Assembly (NCBI RefSeq): GCF_004010195.1
Contig: NC_057749.1
Location: 8,965,787 to 9,029,786 of the forward strand
Source of the DNA: Chiloscyllium plagiosum
Taxonomy: Eukaryota
Direction: 5' to 3'
DNA length: 64,000 bases
The notes below the pieces were generated by a model. The model was not told the DNA's origin and did no database searches. It saw nothing but the letters and a program-made list of their open reading frames with translations. The first letter of the stretch is position 1, and each line of letters begins with the position of its first letter. Below are positions 51,444-61,925 of this stretch, one piece after another. The translations under genes were made by a program, and so were the position numbers.

Positions 51444-51878
51444 TAGAACATAGAACATAGAATGCAGACCAGTACAGCTCAGGAACTTAGTCCATGATGT
51501 TGTACCAAACATAAGCTAATCAGTTCTGCCCGCCCTTGGTCCATATCCTTCCATTCCGTTTATATTCATGTGCTTATCAAGAAGTTCCTTAAATGCCCCT
51601 ATTGTATTTGCCTCCACTACCACCCTCCTGGCAGTGTGTTCCAGACTCCTAATGCTCTCTGTGTAAAAAGATTGCCCCTCACATCTCCTTTGAAGTTTCC
51701 CCCTCTCACCTTAAATGCATGCCCCCTACTATTAGACATTTCAACTCTAGGGAAAAGATTCCGTCTGTCAACCCTATCTCTGCATTTCATCATTGTATCA
51801 AGTCTCCCCTCAGCCTCTGCTGCTCCAGAGGACACAACCCAAGTTTTTCTAGCCTCTCTTATACCCCATACCCTCTAA
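51444..51878 (-). mobile_element. CR1 LINE 3' fragment (same subfamily as 5395-6365)
   Basis: LFPRVEMSNSRGHAFKVRGGNFKGDVRGNLFTQRALGVWNTLP. Confidence 0.88.
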
Positions 51879-52320
51879 CCTGTTACCTGAGATTCCAATC
51901 ACAAGACGTTCACTCATTTTCAACCTTTGGTATTTTTCATCTCAGAAAGCGAACAATGATTATTCTAACAGATGCAGCCACAGCAATACATCCCTGAGTG
52001 CAACTATTTAAAAGTGGCTGCTCTTTTCTCATCTGGCCCCACCAAGGTTTTGAGAAATGAGCAGCAAAATTTAAACTGCCATTGTCCCCAAACGTACAAA
52101 AATGCTGTAAATGATGGTCAATTTGAGGTCACCCAAAATTCTACTGCCCACATTCCAACTCACACCAAGAGCCCATTCATCCTCCTGAGCTTGTTGATCT
52201 ACATTCACCCCTGATTAAACTTCTCCTCTCTTTCTCTCTTATGTCTGCTTTGAAATCTATTTCTTTGACCTAGCCTTAATATGGCTTCAGTGGATCAGTA
52301 CTATGTTCTGTTTTATAATG

Positions 52321-52531
52321 GATCAGTGGTGCTGGAAGAGCACAGCAATTCAGGCAGCATCCGAGGACAGGCAAAATCGACGTTTCGGGCAAAAGCCCTT
52401 CATCAGGAATAAAGGGCTTTTGCCCGAAACGTCGATTTTGCCTGTCCTCGGATGCTGCCTGAATTGCTGTGCTCTTCCAGCACCACTGATCCAGAATCTG
52501 GTTTCCAGCATCTGCAGTCATTGTTTTTACC
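52321..52531. mobile_element. PLE family A (variant) inverted insertion, very young
   Basis: About 80-bp arms are perfect reverse complements; perfect 14-bp TSD tctgttttataatg at 52307-52320 and 52532-52545; intact CTGATGA agggc-tttt-gccc GAAA cg TC on the minus strand of the left arm. Confidence 0.9.
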
Positions 52532-53589
52532 TCTGTTTTATAATGCATCTGTGGAGAGCTGTGGGATCAAAGGCACTACATAAATACAAGGTTTTGTTGT
52601 TTCTTGTTTGATATTATAAAGTTAAATATGGTACAGTGCTTTCCAAATACATTTACAATTCTATCCTGTTTCAAAAGTAAACATTACTTGGGTATGTGTT
52701 ACTGCCCTCAAGTAACCTGTGCTCCACAATAAATGGACAAGACCCAACAAATTATGAAAGTTGGCAAGACTCTACTGACTTAGTCTTTAACTTAACTGTG
52801 AGAAATAGCTGGTGTGCAGTGGAGTCTGCTCTCCTCCTTGCAAACAGTGTAATGCCTTTCTTATTTTAACTAACAGAAAGGGATTATATCACCATAGTAT
52901 CTGGTCAAACTGTTCTCGTTTTTCCGCCAGTCGTAGGCTGAAGGTGTGTTTAATTGTCCACTTTAGCAAACAAACAACTGTCAAGCAACTAATGCAATCA
53001 TTGTCATGTGTGGCAAGTTGGCAGGAATTTCTGATTTCCCAATCTGTTTTATGAGTTGATCTTAAAAGTGTCTCAGAGCTGAACGTGGCCAATTAAATAA
53101 TATTGTGACCATAAAGCACAGCGCTGGCAAATTGATAACTGTGAGAGTTGTATTTGTCTTTGAAGGCAATGCTGTAATTCCAGGTTTGAGTGAGAGGAAA
53201 GGGTACCTCAGGTTGTCAGGCATCTCTGACTGTTAACACCTCAAACTGCCATGTATAAGTTGTCATCTGTGGACAATACTTTGGCTTGAGTCAGGAGGTC
53301 GTGCGTTCAAACCCCATTCTCCATAATTAAAACAGATCATCTGTGATAACACTGCAGTGCAATACTGAGGGAGTCCTTCGTTGTCAGTGGTGCTGTCTTT
53401 TAGATGAGTGCTTGAGCCAAGTCCATGCTTTTACCTGTGGGTCCTGTGACAATGTTTTGAAGTCACGCAACACCAGGTTATAGTCCAAAAGGTTTACTTG
53501 AAATCACAAGTTTTCTGAGCGCTGCCCTTTCATCGGGTGAAGTAATTTGGACAGTGACTACATTTCCTTTTTTTAGGAAACAGGATTTT

Positions 53590-53892
53590 TTTCATTCATT
53601 CACAGGATGTGGGCCTGGCCAGTGTTTATTGCCCAGAGGGAGGTTAAGAATTGACAACATTTCTGTAGGCAACACCAGGTAAGGATGACAGTTTCCTTCC
53701 CTAAAGGAAATTAATAAACCAGATGTTTTTTTCCTGACAATTGGCAATCGATTCATAGTCATCATTATACTCTTAATTCCAGATTTTCATAGAATTCAAA
53801 TTCCACCATTTGCCCCATTGGGATTTGAACCCAGGTCCCCAAAGCATTAGCTTGGGCATTGGATTAACAATCCAGCGATAATAACACTGGGC
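53590..53892 (-). mobile_element. tRNA-derived SINE of a third family sharing its tail with the non-HER1 CR1-clade LINE
   Basis: Head ggcccagtgttattatcgctggattgttaatcc...gggttcaaatccc; tail gggcaataaa...ggcccacatcctgtgaatgaat. Another copy lies at 58682-59012 (+), with fragments at 9590-9720 and 10040-10420. Confidence 0.7.
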
Positions 53893-54190
53893 CAGTGCCA
53901 GTCCAAGGATTGCACCCATGAATGTAATTCCAGTGAGCTGGGGCATTGGAGAGTATTCACAACAGGAAACCGGTTCCTAGAGTCAGGAACACCAACCCAC
54001 CTGAAAGGTTTTGAGAAATGAGCAGCAAAATTTAAACTGCCATTGGGAAGCTGCATTTGTGCCTTCCACTCAATTAAGATCACACTGCTCCCTCCCCCCA
54101 CTCCTGCCACTCGCATTCTGCCAGCTCCAGAGAGGCCTGGTCAATTCCCCCAGTATTCCTGATCACCTTTCCATGTTGCAGTGTAGATAA

Positions 54191-54431
54191 GAGCTGAAAA
54201 TGTGTTGCTGGAACAGCGCAGCAGGTCAGGCAGCATGCAGGGAACAGGAGAATCGACGTTTCGGGCATAAGCCCTTCTTCAGGAAACAAATGCAGCTTCC
54301 CAATGGCAGTTTAAATTTTGCTGCTCATTTCTCAAAACCTTTCAGGTGGGTTGGTGTTCCTGACTGTAGGAACTGGTTTCCTGTTGTGAATACTCTCCAA
54401 TGCCCCAGCTCACTGGAATTACATTCATGGG
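54191..54431. mobile_element. PLE family A end fused to an inverted copy of adjacent host DNA
   Basis: PLE at 54191-54285; 54286-54435 is the reverse complement of 53911-54060; 14-bp TSD tgcagtgtagataa. Confidence 0.9.
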
Positions 54432-55352
54432 TGCAGTGTAGATAAACCCTCTGCTGAATCTCCTTTGTTATTCTCCCATGTTCCACCTCTATCATTCCTG
54501 CTCAAAGGGGCAGGTTTACATATTTCCTAAGCAGGGATGTAAAGAGTGCAGTTATAAATGATGGAGACCAATGTTACGCAAATCTTCAGAGTCATAATAA
54601 ATCAGCTATTCGTGGGAATTCATCAACTCATTGTGTAACTCACCCACACCTTCGGCACACAGGCTGTTTGGTTTGGTACTAGTTGCATGAAAGAAACCAA
54701 ACAAAGCTTGGAGTGGGCTGCAGCTGGAAGCATTTACAAATAAGGTTGAGTGGCCATCACTTTGGGAGCCATGTTGCAGATGCTAGCAGACTGCCTGTGA
54801 TGTTACAGCATTACAGGGGGGGGCTGCAATATATATTGTGATAAAGGTCACTGCAGTCTTACCAGACCGTAGAGTAACTGTCTGATTGGAGAAAGAGATG
54901 ACTACTGGTGGTTTAAACTGAGGGTCCCCACATTATCAGGTGAGGAGTGAGGTTACCTTTATGGTAACCTTAGCCGATGCAGGAATTGAACCCCTCACAC
55001 TACATCACAAACCAGCCATGCGAGCTAACCGACCTCCCAGTATGCTGTATCACATTCACTTCATTGACTTTTTGAGGAACTAAATGTAAAATCTCTTCAC
55101 ACTCATGTTGTTTTTGATTCAGTTCAGTTTAGTGTACAGCTTGTAATTCTCATCTGGACCGCCATCTCAGCATCTCGCCCCAGTATCCTGTCTGATGCTT
55201 CAGAGTCACATTGTGTCATCTGAGACTGTTCATAGCAGGGGTGTGTGTGTGTGTGCATTGTGTTGTACAGTACAGTACATGTATAGTACATATTTTAGTT
55301 GCTGGGTATGAAACACAACATTTCCCTAAGTCACAGGCCCAATCCCTATACG

Positions 55353-55678
55353 GTCATAGAGTCACACAGCACGGAAACAGACCCTTCGGTCCAACCAGTC
55401 CACAATCCCAAACTAAACTAGTCCGACCTGCCTCCTCTTGGCCCACATCCCACCAAACATTTCTATTCACATACTTATCCAAATATCTTTTAAATGTTGT
55501 AACTGTACCTGCGTCCATCACTTCCTCTGGAAGTTCATTCCACACACGAGCCACTCTCTGGGTGAAAGAGTTGCCCCTCAAGTCTTCTTTAAATCGTTTT
55601 CCTCTCACCTTAAAAATATGTCCCCATATCTTGAAATCCCCCACCCTAGGAAAAAGACACTACCATTCACCTTACCAA
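55353..55678 (-). mobile_element. HER1/CR1 3' end
   Basis: GHIFKVRGKRFKEDLRGNSFTQRVARVWNELPEEV. Confidence 0.9.
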
Positions 55679-56244
55679 CTTTTTCTATTTCATTCCATTA
55701 TTTTGCACAGCAAAAATTGCCCCAGTGTGAGACACTGTAATGCTTTTACTGTCCACATTCCCTCATATCAACATTATTCTTATGAGTAAAAGGTCCACAA
55801 TATAAGTAGTTTTGATATAAGTTGCATATTTCTGGGACATAACCACATAGTTTATCAATAGTCCCCTGTATAATGTGGAGACAGTGTTCTACAAGTGATG
55901 TTACTGGATTACTAATCCAAAGGATGAGCAGCCACTGAGGTGTGGGAATTGTGCCCAGCAGTGTATTCATTCCCTGATCTGGTATGTTCACACAAGAATT
56001 AGACATGGGTAATGTGATATTGAAAGATTCAACAGACGTTTGTTATAGCTGCTGGTACATGCCTAGATTACAGACACTTCACTGTCTTGGTTAAAACTAA
56101 GATATTTGCTTATAAACAGCAGTATGCCACACTTGTAGTGGCCCCAGTTAAAATGGAGTTTGAGATCTTACCACTCTCAGATCACAGTGTATGACACAGT
56201 GATAATATCATGAATATGTCTCTTAATGGGATATTGGTTTGAGC

Positions 56245-56870
56245 CACAGGGAGGGTCCCAGAGGACTGGAAAATCGCTAATGGAACACCCCTGTTTAAAA
56301 AGGGAGTAAGGCAAAAGAAAGGAAATTACAGGCCGGTTAGTCTGACCTCAGTCACCGGTAAGATTATGGAGTCCATTGTGAAGCATGAGATTTCTGAATA
56401 CTTGGAAGTGCATGGTAAAATAGGGCAAAATCAGCATGGTTTCATCAAAGAGAGATCATGCCTGATAAATCTGTTAGAATTCATTGAGGAAGTAACGAGC
56501 AGGTTAGACCAAGGAGAGCCAATGAATGCTATCTACCTGGAATTCAAGAAGGCCTTTGACAAGATGCCGCACAGGAGGCTACTGAGTAAGATAAGGGCCC
56601 ATGGTGTTAGAAGCCAGGTAATGGATAGAAGCCTGGCTGTCTGGCAGAAAGCGGAGAGTGGGATAAAAAGATCCTCCTCAGGGTGGAAGCCAGTGACTGG
56701 TGATGCTCCACAACTTTTCACTTTATACATTATTCATCTTGAAAGAAGATTTTGAGATTTGAAAGAGGTATTCAAAATTCATGAGGGTTTCGATTGAGTA
56801 AATTAGGAGAATTTTTATTAAGTTGTTGGTAACTAGAGAACACCAGTTTAAGATAACGGGTAAAAAAAAA
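56245..56870 (+). mobile_element. CR1 reverse transcriptase N-terminal fragment
   Basis: VPEDWKIAN.TPLFKKG...NYRPVSLTSV.GKIMESIVK...QHGFIKERSCLINLLEF...IYLEFKKAFDKMPH.RLL. Confidence 0.93.
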
Positions 56871-57384
56871 CTAGAGAGTGCTGAAAAGAGATTTCCGGTT
56901 AAATCTTGATGATGAGAGAGTGAATATCATTCTGTTTTTAGCTTCGATTGGTAAAATCATCATTTGCAACTCAAGTTCTGTTAGAATTAGCAATTTGAGG
57001 TATTTGCAAGTTGATAAGACAAGATTTAAGCTTCATACTGTCTCACTATGAGCCCACCATCAGTGTGGTAGCAGTAGACTACAAATTGACAGGGTAATGG
57101 GGAAAAACATAGGACAATGGATTAATTCAGTAGCCTTTTGAAAGAGCTGACACAACCACAATGGGGTCAAATTGCTGTGAGATTCTATGATTAGCACAAT
57201 TTAATTGATCTAAAGGTAAAATATTGATGTTGACTCATCTTGAAGGCACTACAGTGTTCATTGAGTACATCTTATTTGTTAAGTGAGTCACTAGTATTAG
57301 AATCTATTTATTTTCCATCTTTCATCTTCACACAATGGGAGTCACTTTAAGTGCTAACCTGGTGATTTTTAAAACATCTTTCCA

Positions 57385-57960
57385 CAGGATGTAGATAATG
57401 TTGGCCAGGTCGGATTTTATTGTCCAGCTCTAATTGCCCTGGAGAGCTAGTGAGATGCTTCTTGAACCGCTGCAGTTCTCATGTGGTGTGGGTACATTCT
57501 GCCCGTGCGAGTAGGGAGAGCATTCCAGGACTTGGACCCAGCAATAGCGAAGGAACAGCGATACACTTTCAAGTCAGGATGGTATGAGACTTGAAGGAGA
57601 ACTGGCAGGTGCTGGTGCTTTTCTGTGTGTGCTGCCCTTCCCCTTCTATGAGGTAGAGGGTGTGGGTTTGTCAGGTGCTGCTGGAGGAGCCTTGGCGAGT
57701 TGCTGCAGTGCACCTTGTAGATTATACATGGTACTGTTGCTCAGCATCAGTGATGAAGGGAGTGAATGCAGAAGCTAGTAAGCAGGATGTTTTGTCCTGG
57801 CTGGTGTCGAGCTTCTTGAGTGTTCCCGGTGCTGCACTAATCCAGGCAAATGGGGAATATCCCCTCACACTCCTCAGTTGTGCCTTGTGGTTGGTGAACA
57901 AGCTCTGGAGAGTGAGAGGTGAGTTACTCATCACAGAATTCCCAGCCTCTGATTTGTTCT
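57385..57960 (-). mobile_element. 3' end of the non-HER1 CR1-clade LINE (same family as 7860-8450)
   Basis: KAQLRSVRGYSPFAWISAAPGTLKKLDTSQDK and the shared tail. Confidence 0.8.
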
Positions 57961-58350
57961 TGGTATTTGCAGTATCGTGTCTGGTCAATAATAACTTGCT
58001 GAAAGTTGGCAGATTCAGCAATGATAATGGTTTTGGCTTCTGTAGAAACAGATTGTAACCCTGTTCAGTCTAAAACCAGGTGTATGTACACACTTCATAT
58101 GTAGAGGCCAACAATGAATAGAACAAGCAACAGTGACTTCCATTTTAATAGCCTCTTTACTGTAAGGAAACACTACAGACCATTTCACATGAGCATACTT
58201 AAACTAAATCTGATATCAACACCACAGGAGCAATCTAAGACAGCAAGCTTTGTCATTGAGGGGGTTTTAAGGAGAATCCTACAAGAGGAAAGAGTCATAG
58301 GTGGAAAAGGAAAATGCAAATCTGTAACACCTGTAGTAGAATCAGGCCAT

Positions 58351-58594
58351 GATTAGAGTGGTGCTGGAAAAGCACAGCAGGTCAGGCAGCATCCGAGGAG
58401 CAGGAAAAATTGATGTTTCGGGCAAAAGCCCTTCATCAGGAATGAGGCTAGGGGCCTCCCCGTTCCTGATGAAGGGCTTTTGCCAGAAACATCGATTTTT
58501 CCTGCTCCTTGGATGCTGCCTGACCTGCTGTGCTTTTCCAGCACCACTCTAATCTTGACTCTAATCTCCAGCATCTGCAGTACCCACTTCTGCA
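58351..58594. mobile_element. PLE family A inverted insertion
   Basis: Arms at about 58351-58442 and 58463-58554; perfect 14-bp TSD tagaatcaggccat at 58337-58350 and 58595-58608. Confidence 0.9.
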
Positions 58595-59039
58595 TAGAAT
58601 CAGGCCATACCAAGAACCTTCTGAAACATGGGCATGGTTGTAATGCCACCAGGTAATGTAGTCAGTTTTCACAGTGCAGAAGGTGATGGCCCAGTGGTAT
58701 TATGGCTAGATTATTAATCCAGAGACACAGGTAATGTTCCAGGGAATGGTGTGCAGATCCCACCAGGTCATGGAATTTGAGTTCAATACATTAAAAGCAA
58801 TCTAAAGACGGCCACGAAACCAAGTGTTGGGGAAAAGCCCACCTGGTTCCCTAATATCCTTCAAGGGAAGGAAATCAACCACCCATATCTGGTCTGGCCT
58901 ACATGTGACTCCAAGCACACAGGAATGTGGCCAACTCTTAATTGTCTGCTGGGCAATGAATAATAAATGCTGACCTAGCCAGTGGTGCCCACATTCTGTG
59001 AATGAATGAAAATAAAATGGTATTGACAGGAATAGGATC

Positions 59040-59445
59040 CAGCCTGGTGGAGCGGTCCCTCCAACCCAATGTGGCGGTCTGTTGGCGGCCCGGAATGGCC
59101 TCAGCATGGGCCTCCAGCCTCAAGGTGATTCCAGCATGGTCACCAGGCCTCGAGAGCCTTGGGGTGGAGTCTGGCACGGTCTGGAGCCAAGGCCTGCTGC
59201 GGACTGGGTTAGATGGACCGTTGGTCTGAACTTTTTACTTTGCATTTTCTAATATATTCCTATGACCTGTAATGCTGGGCTTCTTATTTCTTTATTTTTC
59301 TAAGTTCTTTTCCTGAAGAACTTTTATTTAAGAATTTGCACCCAAGTACTTTGTACCTGAGCTGGAACAGTGAGTGGCCATTTATAAATTTTTCACTGTA
59401 CGCATTTGAGTACATGTGACAATAAAGCTCATTCTAATTCTAAAT
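59040..59445 (+). mobile_element. Non-coding retroposon with a Rex1-like 3' tail
   Basis: GC-rich 5' part, T-rich middle, tail ttttcactgtac...gtacatgtgacaataaa.ctcattctaattc; similar layout at 32067-32458 and 42410-42655. Confidence 0.5.
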
Positions 59446-59465
59446 GAATATTAATTGAACACCAG

Positions 59466-59622
59466 GAGAAAGTGAGGGCTGCAGATGTTGGAGATCAGAG
59501 CTGAAAATGTGTTGCTGGAAAAGCGCACATTCCTGAAGAAGGGCTTATGCCCGAAACGTCGATTCTCCTGTTCCTTGGATGCTGCCTGACCTGCTGTGCT
59601 TTTCCAGCAACACATTTTCAGC
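59466..59622. mobile_element. PLE family A inverted insertion with an intact hammerhead core
   Basis: attc CTGAAGA a gggc-ttat-gccc GAAA cg TC gatt at about 59529-59564; 16-bp duplication attaattgaacaccag at 59450-59465 and 59623-59638. Confidence 0.88.
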
Positions 59623-60657
59623 ATTAATTGAACACCAGACCAGCACACACTGGGAAATCTTCCCTCTCGGAAATAACAGCCCTTGGAACTGTTATGCACA
59701 ACTGAGAGGGCAGACGTGGTTCAATACCTCATTTAAACAGCTGGCACCTCTGACAATGCAGCACTCCCCTGGTATGCTGCAGGGAGCATCATTTTTCAGG
59801 CAGTCTCTGGGTGGGATTGGTGCTCCTGGTGTGCTGTCTCAGAGCCAAGTGCCAACTTGACTCACAGCTGGCCAAAGACTCTGATGAACCCAGTGGCTCT
59901 GGGTTACTGGTGAAAAGGTTTAGGGAGGGAGTTCGAGCAGCTGAAGCCATCACTGTCAACAGTGGAGTGATTAGAAGCAGAGCCAAGCTGGAATCCAAGA
60001 AAAAGTAGATATTTGGAAGGATGCAGGACTAAAGGTGATTATGGCAGTAGGGAGTGGTGAAACCATAGAAGACATTGAAGGCAATGTGGAGAATTTGAAC
60101 CTGGAGGCTGTGCCAGAGCTGAGCTCTCACACACTCAACCATCAATGGAACTAATAAATTTAAGCGTTTGAAATTAGTTTACCCTAGATTTGATCTGTAA
60201 ATATTAACACTCTGTTTTATGGACACAATTACATAATAGAATGATAGTCATATTTATCATGTGCATGTCAAAGAAAGGTCAAAGCTGTATTAGAACCTCC
60301 TCCAGCTTTCATTTCTCTCTCAAACCAGAAGAGAAAATAAAAATTCACGTTCATTGTTCATTTCAGTCAAAATACAGCAACAGGTACCCGGAGCATGTTC
60401 CTTTGAACCGCAGTTATACTTTAATGTGTTTTCCTTTTTGTTTTATTTCCTGCGATTGTCAGTGGAATGTGTTTCCAAAGGCTGTGCTGATATGAACAAT
60501 ATTCAGGAGTAACAGCTGAAGATTTTCACAGGAGCTGCTGATGTAATGGCAGGTTAGTGTGTGAGCTGTTTGCCGTTAGCTAAGGTTTCCTTCAGTCTCA
60601 TCGGCCCACATCCCTGCCACTTGTACTTGCTCTCCTGCACTACGAGACCGCAAGGTG

Positions 60658-60688
60658 ATGGAAGACACAGTGTACCTTAACACTGCAG
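60658..60688 (+). CDS. Candidate alternative first coding exon (MEDTVYLNTA, phase 1)
   Basis: Strong Kozak context gtgATGG and donor CAG|gtagga, at the end of a roughly 550-bp repeat-free block. Confidence 0.35.
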
Positions 60689-61079
60689 GTAGGAGATTGA
60701 GCGACCACATATTTCTGTGCTTAGGAGCTCAGGAGGTATCACTTCTTCAGTACGCTGATCAGTTTTTGAGATATGAGTTCATTTTCATTTTGTACTTACC
60801 AAAAATGCTATGGGTCCAATCCCTACTCCAAATGGAGCACAAAACTCAAGCCTGGGCTGCACTGTTAGACGTTCCCTCTTTTAAATGCGATGCTATTTGA
60901 GTGCGTTTGAACCACTTGTGGTGCTACTTCAATGAAGGGCAAGGGATGTATCCCCAATGTCTTGGTTAATATTTATCCCTCAGCCAACATCAGGTTATTT
61001 GGTCAGTACTTTTTTATGGGAGTTTGCCGTGCCCAAATTGGCTGCAACGTTCCCTACACGGAGTGAAGGTTCTGGACAG

Positions 61080-61925
61080 TGGAGTTCCAGGTAGACAGGG
61101 TGATGAAGAAGGCATTTGATACACTTGCCTTTATTGGTCAGTGCAATGAGTAGGTTATGTTGTGGCTATACAGGATATCGGTTAGGCCACTTTTGGAATA
61201 CTGCATTCAGTTCTGATCTCTCTCCTATAGGAAAGATGTTGGGAAACTTGAAAGGGTTCAGAAAAGATTTATAAGGATGTTGCCAGTGTTGGAGGGTTTG
61301 AGCTATAGGGAGAGGCTTGTTCGATTAGCTGGAGCATCAGAGACTGAGGGGTGACCTTCTAGAGGTTTATAAAACCATGAGGAGCCCATGGATAAGGTGA
61401 ATATCTAAGATCTTTTCCCCAAGAAAGAGGAGCCAAAACTAGATGGCATAGGTTTAAGATGAGAGGGGAAACATTTAAAAGGCACCTATGGGACAACCTT
61501 TTCATGGAGGAGAAAGTGAGGTCTGCAGATGCTGGAGATCAGAGCTGGAAATGTTTTGCTGGAACAGCGCAGCAGGTCAGGCAGTATCCAGGGAACAGGA
61601 GAATCGACATTTCGGGCATAAGCCCTTCTTCAGGAAGAAGGGCTTATGCCCAAAACGTCGATTCTCCTGTTCCCTGGATGCTGCCTGACCTGCTGCGCTG
61701 TTCCAGCAACACATTTTCAGCGACAACTTTTTCATGCAAGTGTGTATGGAATGAGCTGCCAGAGGAAGTGGTGGAGGCTGGTACAATTACAGCATTTAAA
61801 AGGCATCTGGATAGAGACATGAATAGGAACGGTTTGGAGGATATGGGCTAAGTGATGGCAAATTAATTTAGGATGTCTGGTCGGCATGGACATGTTTGAC
61901 CAAAGAGTTTTATTAAAACAGTGTA
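61080..61925 (+). mobile_element. HER1/CR1 3' fragment with a PLE family A inverted insertion at 61507-61721
   Basis: CR1 motifs VRPLLEYCIQF...LERVQKRF; PLE TSD gacaaccttttcatg (61492-61506) / gacaactttttcatg (61722-61736). Confidence 0.88.
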
